Positions 50,973 through 63,381 of a stretch of DNA of 64,000 nt are shown here, piece after piece. Under the pieces are notes generated by a model. That model was not told where the DNA came from and made no database searches. It saw only the letters and a program-made list of their open reading frames with translations. Origin of the DNA: Octopus sinensis (lineage: Eukaryota); NCBI RefSeq assembly GCF_006345805.1, contig NC_043013.1, positions 33,170,001-33,234,000 on the forward strand, read 5' to 3'. How positions within the stretch are numbered: position 1 is the first letter of the stretch; every line of letters starts with the position of its first letter. A program made the translations under genes and the position numbers.

Positions 50973-52591
50973 TAAATGTTAAAAAAAACACAAACTGGGA
51001 CAAGAACGTGAAACATTTTGAAGACGGCAAAAAAACACACAGACGGGACTTTCGAAGCTCTCAGTCATCAGTCAAGAACCAGATCATCTTCGCAATTTCG
51101 GCTGATTAATCTTGAGATTGCTCTAATCTGGGCAGCTCGCCAAGGGAAATCTAAGCCAATCGCATTAGACTCCTTGGAGAAAACCTCGAAAGTATACAAC
51201 ACGGTGACGGAAAAACGGACGATGTACTCGAAAAAAAAAAAAAAAAATCAAAAATACGTAAAAACAATAAAGATAGCACGGATAAAAATACAAAATAACG
51301 TAAAAACAATCATAACAAAACCAGGACGTCAGAACAAGCGTCTTTCGACAGGACGAGTTGAGTATAGGGCTGGCTGTGTGGTAAAAATGCCTGAAGGCAA
51401 ACGGAGCACAAACACATACGTGTGGTCAAGCCAACTACTTGATGCGAAAGGCATTAGTAGCTAGCTGGTCACGTGAGCACAAAAAGGAGAAGGGACAGAT
51501 GAAGAGAGAAGCAGGAGAGGGAAAGGGACAGGTCAAGTGGGGTATAAGGTCTGAGAGGCAGAGAAATGTGGGAGGAGGGACGGAGGAAGAGAGAAAGATA
51601 GAAGGGGAACAAGGGAGGAGAAGAAAAAGAGGAAAGAGACAGAACAAGGAAGTGAAAAGGGTGAAGGCAGAGAAAAGTAGGAGAGCAGGGAAAAAGAGAC
51701 AGAGTAGTCGAGTCGTACCAATGTTAGAGAGTAATATACTTACAGTATAGGGTTAAAGGGTAGGGTACGTAGCCGCCATGTATATAGGTAAACGTTAAAA
51801 AAACACAAACTGGGACAAGAACGTGAAACATTTTGAAGACGGCAAAAAAACACACAGACGGGACTTTCGAAGCTCTCAGTCATCAGTCAAGAACCAGATC
51901 ATCTTCGCAATTTCGGCTGATTAATCTTGAGATTGCTCCAATCTGGGCAGCCCGCCAAGGGAAATCTAAGCTAATCGCATTAGACTCCTTGGAAGAAAAC
52001 CTCGAAATATACAACACGGTGACGGAAAAACGGACGATGTTACTCGAAAAAAAAAAAAAAAAATTCAAAAATACGTAAAAACAATAAAGATAGCACGGAT
52101 AAAAATACAAAATAACGTAAAAACAATCATAACAAAACCAGGACGTCAGGACAAGCGTCTTTCGACAGGACGAGTTGAGTATAGGGCTGGCTGTGGTAAA
52201 AATGCCTGAAGGCAAACGGAGCACAAACACATACGTGTGGTCAAGCCAACTACTTGATGCGAAAGGCATTAGTAGCTAGCTGGTCACGTGAGCACAAAAA
52301 GGAGGAAGGGACAGATGAAGAGAGAAGCAGGAGAGGGAAAGGGACAGGTCAAGTGGGGTATAAGGTCTGAGAGGCAGAGAAATGTGGGAGAGGAGGGACG
52401 GAGGAAGAGAGAAAGATAGAAGGGGAACAAGGGAGGAGAAGAAAAAGAGGGAAAGAGACAGAACAAGGGGAGTGAAAAGGGTGAAGGCAGAGAAAAGTAG
52501 GAGAGGGGGGAAAAAGAGACAGAGTAGTCGAGTCGTACCAATGTTAGAGAGTAATATACTTACAGTATAGGGTTAAAGGGTAGGGTACGTA
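50966..52591. repeat. Tandem duplication of an ~810-bp pLTR/UTR-like unit (50966-51771 and 51781-52591), 9-bp spacer gccgccatg
   Basis: Near-identical copies at period 816; purine-rich tract; no credible ORF. Confidence 0.92.
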
Positions 52592-53288
52592 CCTGTACAT
52601 ATATATCCAACGATGGCGCTCAAAATATAATAATACTGAGGAATATAATAATATTCCTCAAATCACAAACAGGAATATTAGAAAGATATTTCACTTGCTT
52701 ATGTAAAGCCTGATATCTGTAAACGCCGGAATGGGCATGGCTATTTTACCTTTGATTTTATGCCTGACCGATCATAGTTGACTTGATGTTAACGAACAAT
52801 AGCCGAAGTTTCTTATAATAAGCGTGTGTCGTCTGAAATAAAAGAGAACGTCGTTGACAGCTGACAGTATCTCTTAAATTGAGGAAGACGAATGAAATCT
52901 ATTTTTAAATAGTAGTTACTGAACTTATTGTATTTCGTTGTCTTAGTAGCTAGTATTGAAAAACTTAATAGAGACCCGGAACCATCCAGGCCTATGTAAC
53001 TGAAACCATTATGAAAATATTTTTCTCTGATTTTGGATAGAATATTACAAGGTAACTCTCTGAATGTACTTCTGTTTATTTTAACCTTAGAGCTAATTGT
53101 TTTTACTATCCATAACTGCAATGGTTATATGAAAGGACCTCGAACATCAATAAATGCCAATGTAACCCATGGTTTCTTTGCCGGGCCAACAAAAAATTCG
53201 TCGAAGTCCTCGATTGGTCACAGAGAAATTTCAGTCAGATCTGCACCTTTAAAAAATAAATATTTTGCATATATATATGTATATATAT

Positions 53289-53427
53289 GCAGCGTGGAAG
53301 TTGTTTATAAGCCATTTAAGAAACACACAAAAACCGTTAGATTCCCTTCAACATTTAAATCTGATTTGTCAAAATATTTTCGTCGCTTGGAGCCCGCGAC
53401 CTGTTCACTGACAAAATCCCGTGCTGC
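53289..53427 (-). mobile_element. 139-bp solo pLTR/retrozyme-like element embedded in (TA)n
   Basis: gcagc...gctgc termini, TA repeats on both sides, contains an HHR fold; related start at 14967. Confidence 0.6.
53365..53415 (-). ncRNA. Minimal type I hammerhead fold with swapped G3:C8 core
   Basis: UUUGUCA-GUGAACA-G-GUCGC-GGGCUCCAA-GCGAC-GAAA-AUAU-UU/UGACAAA: 7-bp helix I, 5-bp helix II, AAUAUU palindromic helix III. Confidence 0.7.
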
Positions 53428-54299
53428 ATATCTATATATATTTATGTATGTATGTATTGGTAAAATATTTTTCCAACACATTTTCGTCAGCGAATATCAG
53501 AAATCTGCTCAAAGCAGCCTCATAGACACACTGAAGAAATTGTATTTCAATTTATAACCTACGCAACTTACACAAACACTTCGAAAGCATATCGTTTACA
53601 CATTACCCTAAGAAGATACTCAAGTTTGCAGAGAAACATGAATGTGTTCATGATAAGGAGAGAAACGATAAAATTAAAATGCATTGAAATTATTCCCTTC
53701 TCAGTGTCAACTGTCTGCACTGAATTTAAAAAAAAAATTCTAGCTTCATACACAAAACTAAATTGTGTACACACGAACAAACAATTTTTGGAGATTATGT
53801 AATGCAGCAACATTGATAGCATTTATGGAACTAATAAATTTTATTGTTACTATCGTCGTTCGCATAGGAATAACTTCGAAAAGATTCTCACGAAGTAAAC
53901 TATGTTCTGTATGAAATTATACTGAGATTAGATTAGACAGAATTTTTCACCAAGTGTTTGGAATCATATATATGCAAGAATAAATTTTTACGTACAGACA
54001 TCAGAAATGACAATTGTAAACTAATACAGGGCACCAATACAGCAGAAATGCATGCTCTCAAGATTAAAATAGAATATTGAGAAAATGAAGCACGTCATTA
54101 TAATAAACAACCAGATACAGATACACACAGACAGACGCGGCGCTTCCACCAGTTTATACAACTAAACAAAAAAAATATTTAACATTATAACCATTATCAT
54201 CATTGTGAGACTTCGATGCAATCAACACCTGGTTTTCAAATAGTATACATGATGAAAGAGGCAATGGAATACTATCTCAATGGATCATGGACTACAAAT

Positions 54300-54813
54300 T
54301 AAAGTCGATAAAATTGACCCCAGTACGCAACTCGTACTTAAATTATCGACACCGAAACGATGAAAGGCAAAGTCAATCTCGGCGGAATTTGCACTCAGAA
54401 CGTAAAGACAGACGAAATACCTATTTCTTTACTACCCACAAGGGGCTAAACATAGAGGGGACAAACAAGAACAGACAAACGGATTAAGTCGATTATATCG
54501 ACCCCAGTGCGTAACTGGTACTTATTTAATCGACCCCAAAAGGATGAAAGGCAAAGTCGACTTCGGCGGAATTTGAACTCAGATCATAGCGGCAGACGAA
54601 ATACTGCTACGCATTTCACCCGGCGTGTTTCTGCCAGCTCGCCGCTTTATATAATATTTTCTACTCTAGGCACAAGGCCCGAAATATTTGGGGAGGGGGC
54701 CGACCTCAGTATGCAAATGGTACTTAATTCATCGACCCCTAAAAGATGAAAGGCAAAGTCGACCACGGCGGAATTTGAACTTAGGACGTGCTGACGTTTC
54801 TGCAAGCTGGCCG
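54300..54813 (-). mobile_element. Three tandem SINE 'B' copies (partial)
   Basis: gatgaaaggcaaagtc...cggcggaatttg repeated at ~54360, 54545 and 54745. Confidence 0.85.
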
Positions 54814-55508
54814 ATTTACAAGTCTATAAATATTGAACGCTTACATTCATCAGCACATACTTGTGTATATGTATACACACAAACGCACAAATTTATATCT
54901 ATGTATGAGGATATGAGTGTATGTAGAAATGAACTTACATAAAAGCCAAATCGTTCATATAAACAAATATTTTTTTCCTTAGATTTTTTTTCAATGAAAT
55001 CATCAACTACCCATTTAAGAGAATTGAAAAACTCAAAGAGGGCACCCAGAAATTATGACGTCAACTAATAGTGGGCACAAAGTACTTTATCAGAGAACAG
55101 GGTGAAGATACCTTATTGATGACCAAATTTGGAAAAGAAAAACAACTGTCTTTTGTCGATTGAATAGAACCGTATGTTTATTTATTAACCGTGAGAGTAT
55201 GAGGGAAAAGTGAAAACAAGACAGAATCAAATCATTGAGACAAGTTTCCAATAAGGAAACCACCTAAGATCTGGTTGCTCTGCAGGGAGCCTTTTGACGA
55301 AAAACACTATCACAAACAATACATAACACTAAGTTTTCTTGTGTCAGCAAGATGTGAGTTGTCGTTTGCAAAACAATCGAACAATTTCGGTAATATATTC
55401 TGAGCAAACACACACGCACACGCAAGCACACACATACACATGGACCTATTTATATACACACAGATATATATACATACATGTATACCTATCTCTCACTCTC
55501 TCTCCCTA

Positions 55509-55541
<33 letters not shown>

Positions 55542-55820
55542 GTGTGTGTGGTAAACAGACAAAGCATCAGGAGATAACTCGTGGGGAGAAGAGAAATAGA
55601 ACGGCGTGATTTCAATACCTTCAATAATTACCTTCATAATTCCCTGCCTGGTGTTGTTTGCGATAATATTTTAGGGTTCTTTTGTTCAATTTAAACACTT
55701 CAAGATGACTTTGCTGTTTCTGAATTTTATACACACACACATACACACGCACACGCATATATATATAATATATACATATATATTTAAATATATATGTGTA
55801 TCTATGTATATATCCATGTA

Positions 55821-56140
55821 TTGGGTCATCCCGTAATAACAATGCAGTTTTTATACCTTTATTATTCAATATTAAGATGAACAAAGTTATTTTTTAATGT
55901 AAAATATACTCTCCTTAATTTTCTACGATGCTTTTCAATTTATGTGGTAACCTTGCTAGTCCCCTATTCCAGAATTCACTTGTCCGTGGCGAAAAGTACG
56001 CCTCTAGTACTGTTGTTACCTCGTCTACACAATTCATATTTTTTCCGTCCAAATGATTCTCAAGGCTGCTTATAAATGATAATCTGATGGAGCAATGTCC
56101 AGCGAATATGGTGGGTGGGGCATCTTGCCTTTGGAATGTC
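55821..56140 (-). mobile_element. 3' fragment of a second mariner family
   Basis: MPHPPYSLDIAPSDYHL then SLENHLDGKN...FWNRGLARLP...IVEN; terminus ta-ttgggtcatcccg. Confidence 0.85.
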
Positions 56141-56589
56141 ATCATCACTGTATATAGCCGAGCATTATCCTGATAGAATAATCATCGTCTTGAAATCAAG
56201 TAAGAATACAGATTTACCGTGATGGCTAAGAATATTAAAAAATTTTTGTTACCATAACTCTATGGAAATACTCCATGGGTGTTTTAATAAAATCTTAAAA
56301 TAATTAAGCATTTACTAATGTAACTGTTATATGAAGCTCGTGCTTGGGAAAATGATAAATTAACAACAAATTACGAGAGAAGGTTTTCAGTCTACAAGAC
56401 TACATAAGGAAATTTTAATCATGGAACTCGTGATAGTGACAGGTGTGTTGGAGTGAAAAAGGGTTAAAATAACTCTTAGCTTGTTATCTGCGCTAAAAGT
56501 ATATACACTATTTCAACCGTTATGGCATGTTATGTACATATAATGTATAGAAACAATTCAGTACGAAATATGACGCAGTACACGCTGTA

Positions 56590-56725
56590 AAGTGGTTGGT
56601 CTTAGGAAGAGCATCCAGCCGTGGAAACCATGCCGATGCAGATACTGGAGTACGATGCAGTCATTGAACACAAAAGAACCTGTCAAGATGTCCAACCCAT
56701 GTCAGTATGGGACGTGGACGTTGAT
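56590..56725 (+). mobile_element. SINE/LINE 3' end with a (GAT)n tail
   Basis: ggttggtcttaggaagagcatccagccgtgg...gtccaacccatg...gacgttgatgat followed by (GAT)n to ~57010. Confidence 0.5.
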
Positions 56726-56753
56726 GATGTCGATGATGATGATGATGATGTCA

Positions 56754-56785
<32 letters not shown>

Positions 56786-57444
56786 AAAGACTGCAATGGT
56801 GGTGATGAGGATAGTGATTACGATAATGATGATGATGATGATGATGATGATGATGTCAATGATGATGAAGATGATGATGATGATGATGATGATGATGATA
56901 AAGACTGCAATGGTGGTGATGAGGATAGTGATTACGATAATGATGATGATAATGATGATGATGATGATGATGATGTTGGTGGTGGTGGTAGTGATGATAA
57001 TGATAATGAAGCTATGCCATGAGTGTGTAACAGTATGAAGAATAATGTCAGAAATGAAGAGAAGATACGTTTTAGAAACATTCTGGGGCTGTTTAGAAAA
57101 TTCGAGTCCCTGCTCCATATGCCAGTTGGAAATATCTTTGACACGGGGAGATAATTTTGCTGCAAGGTCAAATATTAGTCGTCCATAAAAGAGTAAAAAT
57201 AGACTGAAACAATATATGTCAACCAAGAGAAGTACAAATGAATTTGCAAAATTTAAATTTCATCAAAAAACATAGGCTTCTTTATATGTGTGTATATATG
57301 TATCGTGTATGTGTGTGGGTTTCATTGTAATTGTATCAGTTAATAAATATATATTACTATTGCTATACACAGTTGAATTTCACAATAGTATGGTGATGAT
57401 GATAACAACAACAGCAACAATGGTGTAGACACTGCAAAATATGA

Positions 57445-57560
57445 GTAGCAAACATATATCAATATACACAGATGAAGAAATTAAGTCGAATAGGCCGGAT
57501 ACAGTTGTCAAATATCGCTAAGAGAAATAATACTTTCTAATCGATGTATCAATATCAACG
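57445..57560 (+). mobile_element. Small R4/Dong RLE fragment
   Basis: IYTDEEIKSNRPDTVVK....FLIDVSI. Confidence 0.6.
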
Positions 57561-57716
57561 GGACTAGTCAGTTACATAACTGGTATTTATTTCATCGACC
57601 CTGAATAGACGAAAGGCAAAGTAGACCTCAGCGAAATTTGAACTCAGAACATAAAGATGAGGTAAATACTGCTAAGGATTTTGCCCGCATGCTAACGATT
57701 CTGCCAGCTTGCCGCC

Positions 57717-57717
<1 letters not shown>
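57560..57717 (-). mobile_element. SINE 'B'
   Basis: gaaaggcaaagtagacctcagcgaaatttgaactcagaac...gattctgccagcttgccgcc. Confidence 0.8.
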
Positions 57718-57762
<45 letters not shown>

Positions 57763-57769
57763 CAACAAC

Positions 57770-57831
<62 letters not shown>

Positions 57832-57832
<1 letters not shown>

Positions 57833-58382
57833 TGATGCAGTACCAGGCAGTGGCTCTCATGGCTTCTGATCTTAACTGATTGGAAGTGTTATCATGTACA
57901 TTGTTTTGTCTTGGTATAAAAGATGGGCTACAGCAAATATTCTGCTCAATACCACAGATTTGCTTGTCAGTTGTTTGACCTTAACCAGTTGAGCATGTCC
58001 CTTAGTGGCTGACGATATGTGCATCTCTGATCACGAGCAGAAGTAGTGGGGGAGCATCATAGCCATGTGTTGAGAGGGATTGTCTGGGGTTTGAATAGTT
58101 CACCTCTGGAAACATGGGTGGTTCTTTCAACATCCTTAAACAACCCTTATTCAGGGACCGTTTGAGCGGGATGGGCTACTCAACCTGAAGAAAATTCTAA
58201 CTGGGCCCCACCTGCAAGGTCATGTGCTGTTTATCTTGATATGAGATCACCATGTCGCGCACATATGGTTGTGATGCATGTGCCTGGTGTACCTTTATCA
58301 GACGGGTAGTCATGATGGGTATATTGGGCTTCGTATATTTTACCCCAGTGTCACTTTGATGGCATGAACTGCTCTCTCACTC
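57832..58382 (+). mobile_element. ~550-bp non-coding element 'D' between long (AAT)n tracts
   Basis: Partial copies at 27199, 27796 and 60707; (AAT)n at 57718-57831 and 58383-58514. Confidence 0.75.
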
Positions 58383-58424
58383 AATAATAATAATAATGAT
58401 AGTGATGATGATGATAATGATAAC

Positions 58425-58514
<90 letters not shown>

Positions 58515-58515
<1 letters not shown>

Positions 58516-60380
58516 CAGTGGTGACCCTGTCTTTCATTTTTTTATTCAAGATATTGTCCAGCTCTAGGATCTCAAGGTACTTGTACCCGTTATAATTTGG
58601 GTCTTTCATTCTCACTCCGCTTGGCAATTCTATGTCCCTATAATTTACTCTTTACTCATTTTTCCCCGCTTCAAAGTAAACAATGCAAATTCGAGATACC
58701 GAATTCCATCTCTATATCCTTGCTGCACATTTGCACAGTCTCAACCTGCCTGTCCATCTCGGGCTTCGTTTTTGCGAGCAATTTTAAAGCATACATGAAG
58801 AGAAGGTAGTTGAAACGAGGTTCATACATTCTCAGCTCATAGTATGCGTTCACTTCGTGTAGGACTACAGAAAGTGGGATCAAGGCTATAACAAATAACA
58901 GAGGTGAACAAAAGCCTCCTTAGAAGATATCTCTTTTGCTTGTTACCTCGGCTAAGTGCTGGTTGTTACAAGAAAGACAAGCTTTCCAACTAGGCATGCT
59001 GTTCTTAATCAGTGCACACATATTCTCAGCTATTCCATACATGTGGATTGTTTCAAAAATCCAGTCATCACTGCGTATTTCAAACGCCTTAAAATTCTCT
59101 TGGAATCAAAACTCGACTCAAGGAATCTTGTGACTGCATTAACACATGGGCAGTTACTATATCCTGCTATAGTGCACCTATTCTGAAATGGACACAAGCA
59201 GAGATTAACCAACTCTATCGCATTACCCAAAAGACAAAGACAACGTATTGTGCCTAAGAAGAATGTACACAGGTTCTACATGATGAGGCGTAAAGGTGGA
59301 CGTAGGCTGATTAGATTACGGGAGTGCAACCGCAGTTAAAAAGCAAACAGGGCAGAATATTTGGTAAACAGCAAACAAGACCTGTTACAGTATGTTGGTA
59401 ATGCAGAAGGATTTAACAAAAATGGACTTGAGAGTGCTCATGAATTCCGATCAAGAACAGCCAATGAGACAGAAGAAACTCTATTCCGCATGGAATTACA
59501 TGACCAGTTCCACCGTGAAACCACCAACATATTAAAAGACCAGGAAGCATCATAGAGGTGGCTTAACAAGATTGACTTTAAAAATAATACTGTAAGCTTA
59601 ATCATCGCTACCCAGGACCAGGCATTGAATACCAACTCAGTGAAATGAAAAAGAATATATACCACACAATTGCAACGGACTTCTGCAGAATGTGTGGGAG
59701 GGGGTCAAAAGCGTGACTCACATTGTTAGTGTTTGTGAACATCTTGCGCAGAAAGAGTACAGGCGTAGACATGACAAGGTAGCCCAAAACCTCCACTGGC
59801 TAATATGCTGTAAGTATGGATATGAGGTTACGGGTATTTGGTACCAACATATACCGGAAAAAGAAAATGATCGAAAAGGGGGAGGCAAAATCATCTAGGA
59901 ACCTGACTTCCAGACAGACAAGCTATTAGAACACCGAAGACCGGGTATAGTAACCTTTAGTAGGGAGAAACAGGAGTGCTTAATAATTGACGTGATTGTA
60001 CTAGGAGATCAACATATAATCATGAAAGAAAAAGAAGAGGTTGATAAATATGGAAACCTGAGAATTGAGATCGATAAGATGTAGCAGCTACGAGAAAAAA
60101 AAAAACATAAAGGTCAACACTTTTGTCATCAGAGCATAGGGTTCAATACCACCCAGTCTAAAAATAAAATCTGAAAATTTCAGAAATACCCTACAATCCA
60201 GGTGTATTGCAAAAGTCGGCATTACTTGAAACTAAACGCATATGGCGTAGAGTACTGTCTGCTTGAGATCCTTGTTGTGACTCGACAAACATTACAAACC
60301 CCCGGTAGACACAATATCTTCAATCAACAACTTCACAATATCGTATAATGTGCGACCTCTATAATGATAACAATAATAAT
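58515..60380 (+). mobile_element. Decayed R4/Dong element with an inverted 5' segment (58515-59069 minus; 59064-60380 plus)
   Basis: Minus: DWIFETI...RDIF*GGFCSPLLF...LLFMYALKL...YKYLEILE...KMKDRVTTA; plus: VITAYFKRLK...QDQAL...HIVSVC..RRHDKVA...RRPGIV...IIDV...KY..L...RRVLSA*, degenerate (AAT) tail. Confidence 0.85.
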
Positions 60381-60403
60381 TAGCTAGATATAATTAGTTA
60401 CGA

Positions 60404-60700
60404 AATAGCCCGGCTGAGGAAAATGAACAAGGTGAAGATAATGCCAATTGTTGTTGGGTCCTTGGGAATAGAATCAGAAGGCATAAGGGGGAATATAAAA
60501 GAAATTGGTATAGATTGCCCAGTAGAACTGTTACAAAATGGTTTTCCTCCTTGGCACAGCTAGAATGATCAGGATAGTATTAGATAGATAAAAAGAACGA
60601 ATAGCATGGTACCGTAGGCTGCAGGTAGTAAGCCAGCTACGCGTGCAAGACTCCAGGAGCTCAAACAAAACCTGTGATAAAGAGAAAATAATAATGTTAA
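60404..60700 (+). mobile_element. 3' end of a third R4/Dong family
   Basis: EIARLRKMNKVKIMPIVVGSLG...LLGTARMIRIVLD then UTR and an AAT-like tail. Confidence 0.7.
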
Positions 60701-60813
60701 AAATAATCAGGGGCTTTTTGAGCGGGATGGGCTACTCAACCTAAAAATTTCTAACTGGGCCGCACCTGCAAGGTCATGTGCTGTATATATTGATATAAGA
60801 TCACCATGTCGCG

Positions 60814-60986
60814 GAAGAAGAAGAAGTAGAAGAAGAAGAAGAAGAAGAAGAAGAAGAAGAAGAAGAAGAAGAAGAAGAAGAAGAAGAAGAAGAAGAAGAA
60901 GAAGAAGAAGAAGAAGAAGAAGAAGAAGAAGAAGAAGAAGAAGAAGAAGAAGAAGAAGAAGAAGAAGAAGAAGAAGAAGAAGAAGA
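60814..60986. repeat. (GAA)n microsatellite, ~57 units
   Basis: Direct reading. Confidence 0.95.
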
Positions 60987-61224
60987 TACTAGCCGTAATA
61001 TAAACTTAGGGATAGACAGTGGGACAATGATTAATGTAGAATGTAACGATGGACACGCGAACACTGAACAATGAACATTGACAATTTTCAAGCAGCAACC
61101 TGGAAGCAGCAAGACATTGAAAAATTGGTTTCATTCGCATCGAAATAGAACTATTTAACTGCTGAGAGAAATCTTAGTTATAAAAGTTTCCAATTTTGAC
61201 AAAAGGCTAGCGATTTCAAAGAGG

Positions 61225-61380
61225 TGTTCAACTGGTATTTATATTTTCATCTACCCCAAAGGGAAAAAGGCGAAATGGAGCGCGGTGAAATTTGAACACA
61301 GAACCTCATGACAGACAAAATGCCGTTAAGTGTTTCGCCCGGCCGGAGGGGTAACGAATCTAACTGCTCGTCCCCTTTAA
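61225..61380 (-). mobile_element. Diverged SINE 'B'
   Basis: aactggtatttat...aaaaggcgaaatggagcgcggtgaaatttgaacacagaac. Confidence 0.6.
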
Positions 61381-61838
61381 TTAGTGATAATACTAATGAG
61401 AAATATCAGGGATGCACATCCGATAAGCAAATATGCGACTATGGGATACAAGCTAATTGCCATTCGAATGACAGCTGCTGAAGGTGTAATGAAGTTTACA
61501 AATGATCAACAATTAACGAACAACAGAATTTCACTAAAACATTTGGACATCACAGTTACATTTAAGCGTCGATACTCAGCTCACCTTAGCTCCTTTACGA
61601 GGTGTAATTATTGCTAAAGCAATAATTATAGTTTCGCTACCTCCTTACACTGCGTATAAAATAATTGCACACCATATAGTAATACAGGATGCACCTTCGA
61701 CACTGTAAAGCAATATCAGGGAGAGAGTGCCCAGTGCAGTTTGTGTTGGAATAATCAATCAAAATCTTAAAGCATAACCGTATAAGCCACATTACCTTTT
61801 GAAACGCACGAGTGGATAAGTGCGTATATATGTTCATG

Positions 61839-61897
<59 letters not shown>

Positions 61898-61900
<3 letters not shown>

Positions 61901-61911
61901 TAGATAGATAG

Positions 61912-62006
<95 letters not shown>

Positions 62007-62011
62007 GGATG

Positions 62012-62046
<35 letters not shown>

Positions 62047-62047
62047 G

Positions 62048-62118
<71 letters not shown>

Positions 62119-62274
62119 GGATAGAGGGATAGATAGACAAATAAAAAGTTAGATACATAGATTGATAGATAGATATATTGATAGATAAATAGGTAGGCAG
62201 ACAGACAGACAGACAGACAGAGAGATAGGTAGATAGATAGATTGACAGACAGATAGATAGATAGATTGACAAAC

Positions 62275-62353
<79 letters not shown>

Positions 62354-62355
62354 GA
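61898..62355. repeat. (GATA)n/(GACA)n microsatellite array
   Basis: Direct reading. Confidence 0.95.
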
Positions 62356-62565
62356 GGGAATCATAAAGAGAAAGAAAAAGTGAGTAATACAGAGATATAG
62401 TGAGGGAATGAGACGTGGCGTGAGGGGGAATGAGTCATATAAGTATAAAGATAATTTTATTCATACATTTAGGAAAATATTTGTGTGAAAAGTCTTCATG
62501 AACATCTACATTCATACATACATCATCACACACACCGATAAACACACACGGGGATACACACACAA

Positions 62566-62596
<31 letters not shown>

Positions 62597-63186
62597 TGTA
62601 TATATATTTGAGAATGTATACAGTCGGCCATTTGTATTAATTTGTGAAACCAGAGAGTGCTCAAACTAAACGCATTATCTAATTTTCCTTAATAGTAAAA
62701 TAATGTGGGGAAAAATATAAAAAAATCTCCAAGAAAACTCATGGTTTGTGAAAAAGACGAACAAATTTTTATTGGTAGTGACTTCGTACAAAAGACGAAG
62801 AAGGAGAGGGAAGAAGAAAGAGAGGGGGGTATTTAGAGTGAGAGAGAATGATAGACATACAAAATAGGCAGAGCAAGAATTATACGTGTAATTATTGAAA
62901 TAAAAGTTGTATTATTACCCAAAGTAATGACAACAGTAGGAAAATGTTGTGAGTCTGTAAATTGCTGGACCATTATTTAAGGAAATGCAAATTATCACGA
63001 ACCATTACTGACCCCATTCTAGGATAAGTAATTAAATTACACTCAAATACACACACACATACACGCTCGCACACGTACACACATGTTTAAGCACTTACGC
63101 AGGAGTGTACGGAAAATAACAAATATTAAGCAAAAATACGGATACATATATATATATATATATATATTTGAAAAAAAATAAAATAC

Positions 63187-63227
<41 letters not shown>

Positions 63228-63348
63228 TACGTATCGTATATATATACACACACACAATATGTAAATATATTTATTTACATAAATGCATATATATACATTG
63301 GATATGTATATTGGGATGTATATATATACATATATATATATATGTTTG

Positions 63349-63381
<33 letters not shown>

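Noticed and set aside
51041-51080. Hammerhead in the duplicated unit (minus CUGAUGA-CU-GAG-AGC-UUC-GAAA-GUC)
   Set aside because: Helix III lacks the C15.2 partner and no helix I can be formed; kept only as a possible relic.
51018-51464. 148-aa ORF in the duplicated unit
   Set aside because: The second copy is frameshifted to 81 aa; no recognisable domain.
51745-51771. Telomere remnant (agggttaaagggtagggta)
   Set aside because: No exact tandem TTAGGG run; too short.
56455-56468. piggyBac-like end aagggttaa
   Set aside because: No matching ttaaccc left terminus identified nearby.
56592-57038. Met-rich and Asp-rich ORFs
   Set aside because: Derived from the (GAT)n tail of a retroelement end.
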